Source: an uncultured Gammaproteobacteria bacterium (lineage in GTDB: Bacteria; Patescibacteriota; Patescibacteriia; UBA9934). Taken from it: a stretch of DNA of 64,000 nt. The stretch covers positions 21,803 through 85,802 of the forward strand of contig CAYJQH010000002.1 in assembly GCA_964372415.1 (NCBI GenBank), read 5' to 3'. Below the pieces are notes generated by a model. It was given only the letters and a program-made list of their open reading frames with translations. It had not been told where the DNA came from and ran no database searches. Positions 57,654-64,000 of the stretch are shown here, piece by piece (positions within the stretch are counted from its first letter, which is position 1; each line of letters begins with the position of its first letter). A program made the translations under genes and the position numbers.

Positions 57654-58320
57654 TGCGCTTTTTTAGCATATCAAACACGCTCAACATTGCTTTAAGCGTA
57701 GTTTGGCCCTTCGCGAGCGAAGTAATTGAGTAACGAATAGTTACCGGCACCTCCACGTAACGTAACCTTTTTGCCACGATGAGATCCAAAATTTCTGAAG
57801 CGTGAGCCATGCGGTCGAGAGTAATTTCAATCTCCTGCGCTGCCTTACGAGATAAGGCACGAAAACCGTTGTGACTATCGGTTACCCGAATGCCTGAAAA
57901 AAACATGGTAAACAGTGTGCCAACTTTAAGCATGAGGCGTCTAAACCACGGCATGTTAATCGCTTCTTTACCTAAAAATCGCGAGCCTAAAACCACGTCC
58001 GCACGTCCCATGATGATTGGCTCAAGGAGCGTTGGTATCTCCTGTCCCTCCATTTGGCCGTCGGCGTCAAAATGAACAATGATCTCAGCGTCTAAATTTT
58101 TGAGGGCAAAAATCTTGCCGGTCTCGAGCGCCGCGCCTTGTCCACGATTAATTATGTGACGCAGTACCATAGCCCCAGCCTGGCGCGCTGCGTCACTTGT
58201 TGCATCAAGACTGCCGTCATCAACGACTACCACATGATTAACAAAAAGTTTGGCGTCAGCCACCGCTTTCGCTACTCTAGATGCTTCATTGTACGCGGCT
58301 ATGATCGCAACTGATCGCAT
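57643..58320 (-). CDS. GT2 polyprenyl-phosphate glycosyltransferase (DPM1/GtrB-like)
   Basis: …IIAAYNEASRV…VVVDDGSLD…GQGAALETG…HFDADGQ… The ATG at 58320 is preferred. The ORF-track start at 58341 is a TTG that lies inside the heptamer repeat. Confidence 0.8.
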   Translation of the reverse strand: MRSVAIIAAYNEASRVAKAVADAKLFVNHVVVVDDGSLDATSDAARQAGAMVLRHIINRGQGAALETGKIFALKNLDAEIIVHFDADGQMEGQEIPTLLEPIIMGRADVVLGSRFLGKEAINMPWFRRLMLKVGTLFTMFFSGIRVTDSHNGFRALSRKAAQEIEITLDRMAHASEILDLIVAKRLRYVEVPVTIRYSITSLAKGQTTLKAMLSVFDMLKKRIVG

Positions 58321-58325
58321 AAAAT

Positions 58326-58398
58326 AAGACCCGAGACTCAAGACTCAAGTTGGCACAACTGGCCATTTTTACCACTTGGGTCTTGGGTCTGGGGTCTC
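58326..58398. repeat. Inverted heptamer array (AAGACCC GAGACT CAAGACT CAAG … CTTGGGT CTTGGGT CTGGGGT CTC)
   Basis: Reverse-complementary arms around a 27-nt spacer. Lies between the epimerase stop and the GT2 start. Confidence 0.7.
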
Positions 58399-58421
58399 AA
58401 ATACTGTACTTTCGTACCCTT

Positions 58422-59447
58422 TTATCCATTATTGGTCAAGAGAATCTTATTGGCCCTGATGTAATCAATAGTCTTTTTTAAACCGTCTTCCAAGCGTACA
58501 AGGGGCAACCAGCCCAGAGTTTCTTTGGCTTTATTAAGATTGGGTAAAGTAAGTGGAATTAGGTAAGGCGGTTGAGCCTCATAGTTTACGGCTACCTCGG
58601 CTTCAGCTAACTTCATAATCATGCGAGCTACCTCAATAATTGGTACTTCGGTGTCGCTCCCTAGGTTAATCGGCCCTATTCCTTTTTCGGTCTTCATGAG
58701 CCTCAAAAGTCCGTCAACCACATCGGTTACATAAATCAGGGCGGTAGTTGTAGCTTCGTTTCCCATGACGGCTAGCGGTTTTCCATCAAGCACATTTAAC
58801 ACAAAATCAGGCACTTGGTGACCGTGAAATAACGCCATGCGTGGCCCATAAGTGCGGAAGATACGGGCGATTTTGCAATCAATGCCATAGACGTCGGCAT
58901 AAGTGGTAAACATAGTCTCAGCAAAACGTTTGCCCTCGTTCAAGGCAGCCCGCGGATTCAGGTGATCAATAATTCCAAGCTCAGTTTCATCAACGCCATC
59001 AGAATCAACTGCGCTTCGCGCTCCATAAATGGCACCTGTTGAGGCAAGCAGCGTCTTGGCTTTATATTTGACCGCCAAATCAAGAATATTTTTTGTGCCA
59101 AGTGAATTGGTAAATAAAGTTTGCATCTTAAATTTATCGTAGGCTTTGACCGAAGTCGGCATGGCCAGGTGATAAATTTCTTGGAGACCAAGAAAACGGA
59201 ACTTAAACGCATCGAGCTCGGGAAACGATTCTAGATCGAATGGTTCATTAATGTCTAAACGCAAAAATTGAAAATCAGGATTTCTAAGCAGTGGGTCGAT
59301 GTTACGAACGTGACCGGTCGAAAAATCGTCAAGACAAATGACTCTGTTTTGAGCTCTAAGTAATGATTCACATAAGAATGAACCGATAAATCCTGCCCCG
59401 CCAGTCACGAGCACGTTTTTTTTCTCCATACCGCTACCAAGCGCCAA
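58422..59447 (-). CDS. NAD-dependent epimerase/dehydratase (UDP-glucuronate decarboxylase/UXS-like extended SDR)
   Basis: VLVTGGAGFIGSFL… Rossmann motif and a YxxxK-family fold; 341 aa. Confidence 0.75.
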   Translation of the reverse strand: MALGSGMEKKNVLVTGGAGFIGSFLCESLLRAQNRVICLDDFSTGHVRNIDPLLRNPDFQFLRLDINEPFDLESFPELDAFKFRFLGLQEIYHLAMPTSVKAYDKFKMQTLFTNSLGTKNILDLAVKYKAKTLLASTGAIYGARSAVDSDGVDETELGIIDHLNPRAALNEGKRFAETMFTTYADVYGIDCKIARIFRTYGPRMALFHGHQVPDFVLNVLDGKPLAVMGNEATTTALIYVTDVVDGLLRLMKTEKGIGPINLGSDTEVPIIEVARMIMKLAEAEVAVNYEAQPPYLIPLTLPNLNKAKETLGWLPLVRLEDGLKKTIDYIRANKILLTNNG

Positions 59448-61527
59448 GAAAGGCGCCGTTATCTGTAATTAATTTTTGTCCAACAATAATTATTTCGTTG
59501 CCGGAACTTGAGAACACGCGTATCTCGCCAGCCGTGAGTCGCGGAGCGATCGTCAAGTCAATCTCGCCATCGATATCAATGTCTGAAGCTTGAATCTCTA
59601 CTCCCCTAGACAGTGCTCCGTCTGCAATTGAGAAACTTCTGATAAGCGCTCCAATTTTATTATAAGCCCTAATCGTGGCACCTGAGGCAGTTGGCACAGC
59701 CACGATAATCTCATCGCGGTCATCAAGATCAACGTCTCCAATCGTGACCCCAAGCCCTTGAGTGGTCACGGGATCCCCCAAAAAACTTGTGATCAAGCTT
59801 CCGTTGTTATCATAAATAGCAATTCTTGGCTCCCCGCTCGTAGCCCAAACTACAAATTCTGCGTCCCAGTCGTCGTCAACATCTGCCACCTCTATGGCAA
59901 GTGGCGCCTGAGGTGCAAAGCCGTCTACCGTAAATCGTGATAGCTCTTGGCCGCGTTCTGTCCAGATCACAATATCATTGCTTACCCCAGCGCCCACAGC
60001 TGACACAATCTCAAGCGTGCTGTCGCCATTCACATCCCCAACCGCAATATTTACCCCGTGGGTAGAACTTTTTTCGTAGGCAAACCATTCGTAAACCATG
60101 GCTCCGAAAGGTTTAAAAATTCTGATGTGCGGTCCGCCAGTTTCCCCGGCAGAAGCCACGACCTCAGGAATTGCGTCGCCGTCAAAATCGGCCAGCTCAA
60201 CGTGTACTCCGCCTGTAAAGTTAGTGGTATAAGCCGTAAAGGTGGCGTACGGCGTGCCGTCAGCCCGAACCACTTGAATGTCTGGTCTAGCCCCAAATGG
60301 GGCGCCAAGCGCAACGAATGAATAGTATTCGTTGCTTTTATCGGGTGATATAGTTTTATCTATTGCCTCATTCTCTGGTTCTGCAGGCTCAACGTTCTCC
60401 GTCTCTTCTGGCTCGGCCACAGAAATACCGTCTGAATACGCCGAACCAATCTCAAGCGCGCGGGCGATGTTTAACCTGCCAACCCCAAAACTTCCTACTC
60501 CTCCGGGAGCGGAACGAATTGGATCAACCGACAACTTCAAAATAATAGCCACCTCATCTGGAGTTAGGTCTGGATACTGGATAAGTAAAAGCCCAACTGC
60601 TCCAGCCACAAGCGGGCTAGCTGTGGAAGTGCCCGACCACGGACCGCTGTAGGGATCGGCAAATCCTTGGGTGATATCTTGGTATCCCAGACCAAAAATA
60701 TCTTCACCTGGGGCCGACAGATCGGCACATTCAACGCCGTAGTTTGAGAAATCAGAACCGTTATCACCGTCGTCGGTTGAAGTCACGCCAATTACCCAAT
60801 CAGTAGATTGCCCTGTAAGACAAGCCGGGTAAACCGGAATGTTGTTTACGTTTTGCGCGTTGTTCCCTAGTGCCGCCACAATAACCACCCCAGCCTCGTA
60901 AGCCCGTTTGACCGCCGAAGTTAAAATAAGTGAAGCGTTGTCACCGGCAAAACTCATGTTAATGACTTTAGCCCCATTTTCGACGGCATAATCAATAGCC
61001 GCCGCGGCATCTGGCTCGTTGCCTACACCAACCTCGTCAAGCATTCTGAGGGTCATTATCTTAGCTTCCCAAAGAACACCGGCGTAACCGCTACCGTTAT
61101 TTGTTTCGGCCGCAATGAGTCCAGCCACGAGCGTGCCGTGCGAAACCGCATCGGGATCAGTGGTGAGCGAAAGATCAACCGAGGGATTGTTATCATTACT
61201 CACAAAATCCCAACCGTTAACATCATCTACGTAACCGTTACCATCGTCATCTTTGCCGTTGCCGGCAATCTCTTTGCTGTTTTGCCACACATGTTTGGCA
61301 AAATCAGGGTGATCAACGTCTATCCCGGTATCTAGGACGGCAATAATCAAAGACGAATCTCCAGTTTCTGTATCCCAGGCCACAGGAGCTTGAATTTTTG
61401 TTAGATACCACTGCTCGGGAAACAACGAATCATTTGGCGTTAAGGCTAAAACTTGTATTGGCAAGCCTAAAATAACTATTAATACAAAAATCTTGCGGAG
61501 CCGCGACCAAAACTTTGGGTACTCCAT
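59434..61527 (-). CDS. Secreted subtilisin-like serine protease (S8) with C-terminal FG-GAP/VCBS-like repeats
   Basis: Asp, His and Ser catalytic motifs (AVLDTGID; HGTLVAG; GTSTASPLVAG). Five or more repeats of the form DxDGD..E(I/V)V. Confidence 0.8.
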   Translation of the reverse strand: MEYPKFWSRLRKIFVLIVILGLPIQVLALTPNDSLFPEQWYLTKIQAPVAWDTETGDSSLIIAVLDTGIDVDHPDFAKHVWQNSKEIAGNGKDDDGNGYVDDVNGWDFVSNDNNPSVDLSLTTDPDAVSHGTLVAGLIAAETNNGSGYAGVLWEAKIMTLRMLDEVGVGNEPDAAAAIDYAVENGAKVINMSFAGDNASLILTSAVKRAYEAGVVIVAALGNNAQNVNNIPVYPACLTGQSTDWVIGVTSTDDGDNGSDFSNYGVECADLSAPGEDIFGLGYQDITQGFADPYSGPWSGTSTASPLVAGAVGLLLIQYPDLTPDEVAIILKLSVDPIRSAPGGVGSFGVGRLNIARALEIGSAYSDGISVAEPEETENVEPAEPENEAIDKTISPDKSNEYYSFVALGAPFGARPDIQVVRADGTPYATFTAYTTNFTGGVHVELADFDGDAIPEVVASAGETGGPHIRIFKPFGAMVYEWFAYEKSSTHGVNIAVGDVNGDSTLEIVSAVGAGVSNDIVIWTERGQELSRFTVDGFAPQAPLAIEVADVDDDWDAEFVVWATSGEPRIAIYDNNGSLITSFLGDPVTTQGLGVTIGDVDLDDRDEIIVAVPTASGATIRAYNKIGALIRSFSIADGALSRGVEIQASDIDIDGEIDLTIAPRLTAGEIRVFSSSGNEIIIVGQKLITDNGAFLGAW

Positions 61528-61554
61528 ACCGGGACATTATACCGTATCCAAGCA

Positions 61555-61648
61555 CTAGACTCTAAACCCTAGACTCTAAAAAATTACCAAAAAACAGGTT
61601 CTTCTTGAGCTACTTGAGGCTTGAATCTAGGGTCTTGGATCTAGAGTC
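61555..61648. repeat. Inverted heptamer array (CTAGACT CTAAACC CTAGACT CTAAA … TTGAATC TAGGGTC TTGGATC TAGAGTC)
   Basis: Same CTAGACT/AGTCTAG family. Lies between the TPR-protein stop and the protease start. Confidence 0.7.
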
Positions 61649-61651
61649 GAT

Positions 61652-62362
61652 TTAGGAATTTTCACATTGCGTTTTAGCCGACGCAATATCTTGTTTTATG
61701 GCCTCATTGTCGGGTGGCAGTAAATCCTTGGCCACCTCATAGTGATCTAGTGCCCTATCGCAGTCATCGTGAGTCAAATACCATGTGGCGAGTTCGGTCA
61801 TAAACCACGGTGTTTGGCCAACACGGTCGACGCCATCTTCAAGCACTATCTTTACCTCGTCTTCTCGCGAACCGTCAGGGGGGTTATTCCGAATAGCCAT
61901 TACTAAGTCGCGATAAAACTCCTCTGTTGGATCAAGTTCAACAGCCTTGGCAAACGCCGCTTCGGCTTTGCTGTAATCCTCCATCCGAGTCAAAATTTCG
62001 CCGTAAAAATTCCAGGCTGACATGTTAATAGCGTTGAGCGTTAAGTATTCCTCAATGGTCTCGCGCGCGAGCACCAGGTCACCAAGCATAGAAGCATTCC
62101 AGGCGATTGAGGTAAACAAATCCCAGTCAACATCCTGAATGTCCATGGTGGCTTTTTGAGCTACCAAGGCCGACTGAGCTATATCGAGTTGCTGCTCATA
62201 ATACGCCCGTTCCGAATCGGTCATTTGCGCGTAATCGTCAGTTAGCACCAGACCGCGATAAGCGTAAGCGTCGGAATTAAAGTACCAAACCGCAAAGACC
62301 CCAAGAACCACCATCAATACGACGGCAATACCGGCAATAAAAACATTTCTAGAAAACGTCAT
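61652..62362 (-). CDS. Membrane-anchored TPR-repeat protein
   Basis: I prefer the start MTFSRNVFIAGIAVVLMVV at 62362. The ORF-track start at 62446 would run through the upstream terminator hairpins. Confidence 0.55.
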   Translation of the reverse strand: MTFSRNVFIAGIAVVLMVVLGVFAVWYFNSDAYAYRGLVLTDDYAQMTDSERAYYEQQLDIAQSALVAQKATMDIQDVDWDLFTSIAWNASMLGDLVLARETIEEYLTLNAINMSAWNFYGEILTRMEDYSKAEAAFAKAVELDPTEEFYRDLVMAIRNNPPDGSREDEVKIVLEDGVDRVGQTPWFMTELATWYLTHDDCDRALDHYEVAKDLLPPDNEAIKQDIASAKTQCENS

Positions 62363-62404
62363 ACGCCAAGTATGGTAAGTGATGCAGACTAAAAGTGCAA
62401 TGCT

Positions 62405-62476
62405 CCCCCTCCATTTATGGAGGGGGTTGGGGGAGGTTAAAACCAAACACCCCGGCCCTTGCGAGCACGGGGTGTT
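62405..62476 (-). terminator. GC hairpin element (CCCCCTCCATTTATGGAGGGGG) plus a rho-independent terminator (ACACCCCG…CGGGGTGT, then a T-run on the minus strand)
   Basis: Lies just 3' of the GC-rich surface-protein gene. The first hairpin is a near-copy of the one at 26035. Confidence 0.6.
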
Positions 62477-62520
62477 TGTTGCTCCCGGAGCTTGCGCCCC
62501 GAGTCAGGTAACCGCCGTCA

Positions 62521-64000
62521 TTAGAAGACGAGCGAGTTGCCGGTCACTGGTAGGTTGTCTACCAAGTGAGCACCGTAGCGTTCCTGAGCGCCGGTTGAGG
62601 TGGAGCCATCGGAGAGCGTGAAGCTACCAATGGACGTTACACCGTCATCCTGCCAGAGGAAGGCACCAGGTACACGGTCGACGTTGTCACCCGTGTCGTT
62701 GAGGCTACCTGTGTCTGGCGTTGTGGCCAAGTAGCCGCGGACTACCGTGAGGGTTGTGCCGCCATCTACAACGACCAGCATCTTTTCGTCATCCGAGCCA
62801 CAACCGTTATCGGCGGTGTCCATACAGAGCACATCACCCAAGGCGTAGGTTGAAGCTGCGCCCATGCTGAGTATTGTATCGGTACCTGTGACGTTGTCCT
62901 CTGCGAGCTCATCAGCTGCAAGGAAGCTAGCGTCAGCCACGATCGGATCGGTGGCCATCTCAACTTGGAAGGTATCGTCATTAGCCGCTGAAGCGAGCGA
63001 TAGGTCAACCCACAACGCATACATGTAGGTCTGTCCCTTCGGCACTACTTCCTCGGTCGTGAGCGACAAACGCTGCCAAGCAAGATCGGTTGAGGCGGTC
63101 GTACAGTCAGCACCGGTTGCGGTGAGACCAGTCCAATCGGCATCCACATCAAGCGCCAAGGCCGTGCCCTGTTCGCTCATGTTGTAGAAGTCGAAATCCT
63201 CGTCGTTCATTGAGGTGGCGTCAGCATCCGTATCACAGTTCTCCCACAAGGTCGGCGTGCCGGTGTTGTCGGTCGCGCTAATCTTGAAGAGAATGTTTTT
63301 GAAGATCACGTCTTCGTTTGAAGAAGCCGCAATGTTGAAGCGGAAGACTTCCTGGTCGCCAGGCACCTTAGCGCCTGTCGGACTTGAGGAATTGAGACTG
63401 ATGGTTGGCTTGGTTTCGCGGACTACAAACTGGGCAATGCCGTCCGTAGCGTAAGCGTCATCACCAACCACTGTAGCATCGTCGTCATCAAGCGTGGTGC
63501 CAGAACCAGCACCTACGGCCTGGAAGTTGTCATCGTTTGTGGTGTCCGCAAAGAGACCCATGCGGATTTCTTCATTGGAACGCGCGTTACCACCCGAATC
63601 ACGATCCGTGAGAGGAGTAGTTACGTAGACGTTCACAATACCCGGAGTTCCAGTCTTAACGTACATGTCAAGATCCGAGAACTTGGCTTCGTTGCCGGTC
63701 ATCGAGACCGACTTCGAACCAGTCGTACCATCGGCCTTCGGGAAGTCGATCTTCACCGTTGAAATGTTATTAGCGTAAGACGATGAGTTCGCGGTACCGG
63801 TGTCATCTTCAGCCGCCTCTTCCGAGAAGGTGAGGATATTCACATCGAAGTTTTCATTCGTAGCGGTGAAGCGGAAGGTCGAAACCTTCACGTCAGTCGA
63901 GCTCGTAAGAATGAAGTCCGGCGATGGCGTGCTCGAATCAGCAGCCATAGTGAGCGAACCGGCATCGTTGACACTGACCACGTTGGTCGGGCTTGTGCCG
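62521..64000 (-). CDS. Large GC-rich Thr/Asp/Gly-rich secreted surface protein, C-terminal part; the 5' end runs off the window
   Basis: Open minus-strand frame of 486 or more aa, low-complexity acidic and T/S-rich, with GC-rich codon usage. Its stop is at 62521. Confidence 0.55.
   Translation of the reverse strand, partial: GTSPTNVVSVNDAGSLTMAADSSTPSPDFILTSSTDVKVSTFRFTATNENFDVNILTFSEEAAEDDTGTANSSSYANNISTVKIDFPKADGTTGSKSVSMTGNEAKFSDLDMYVKTGTPGIVNVYVTTPLTDRDSGGNARSNEEIRMGLFADTTNDDNFQAVGAGSGTTLDDDDATVVGDDAYATDGIAQFVVRETKPTISLNSSSPTGAKVPGDQEVFRFNIAASSNEDVIFKNILFKISATDNTGTPTLWENCDTDADATSMNDEDFDFYNMSEQGTALALDVDADWTGLTATGADCTTASTDLAWQRLSLTTEEVVPKGQTYMYALWVDLSLASAANDDTFQVEMATDPIVADASFLAADELAEDNVTGTDTILSMGAASTYALGDVLCMDTADNGCGSDDEKMLVVVDGGTTLTVVRGYLATTPDTGSLNDTGDNVDRVPGAFLWQDDGVTSIGSFTLSDGSTSTGAQERYGAHLVDNLPVTGNSLVF

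Noticed and set aside
57643-58341. ORF-track start coordinates for several genes (GT2 at 58341, rsmH at 8963, rfbD at 46058, the hypothetical at 4410)
   Set aside because: These starts are TTG or GTG codons that fall inside intergenic repeat elements. Downstream ATG codons (58320, 8942, 46043, 4383) give conserved N-termini and leave the repeats non-coding, so I moved the starts.

Overview
The window reads as a compact, low-GC, mostly minus-strand bacterial chromosome. Its gene content (NadM-type NMNAT, DUF362, PEGA protein, scrambled dcw genes, rhamnose and glycosylation genes) suggests a reduced-genome Patescibacteria/CPR-like organism; that placement is inference only.

I called about 60 CDS. 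They include:
- a uvrC / M23 peptidase / uvrA / uvrB nucleotide-excision-repair cluster;
- two fragments of the division and cell-wall (dcw) cluster, mraZ-rsmH-ftsL and mraY-ftsW-murG ... murD-murE;
- ftsEX and a MacB-like ABC transporter;
- rpmA, rplI, pyrG and gpmI;
- the CCA-adding enzyme gene cca and a 5' fragment of a UvrD/PcrA helicase gene;
- a dTDP-rhamnose pathway (rfbBCD) leading into a large glycopolymer or protein-glycosylation locus with GT2, GT4 and GT-C glycosyltransferases, a DUF2304 protein and a CDP-alcohol phosphatidyltransferase;
- a subtilisin with FG-GAP repeats.

Four tRNAs are present: Gln-TTG and Lys-TTT on the plus strand, Thr-CGT and Gly-CCC on the minus strand.

The most unusual features:
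1. Several sharply GC-rich, apparently foreign genes sit in the low-GC background. These are a MYG1-like 519-aa protein, 401-aa and 176-aa hypotheticals next to tRNAs, a small ORF wedged between uvrA and uvrB, and a T/D-rich surface protein at the right edge. Two of these segments end in near-identical CCCCTCC...GGAGGGG hairpins.
2. A conserved ~95-nt element with a covarying hairpin occurs three times directly abutting tRNA genes.
3. A family of inverted arrays of the heptamer CTAGACT/AGTCTAG lies in four intergenic regions, with a related 8-nt repeat family flanking murE.
4. A second ~75-nt repeat occurs in the 5' regions of three unrelated genes.

No CRISPR array, rRNA gene or obvious transposase was seen.
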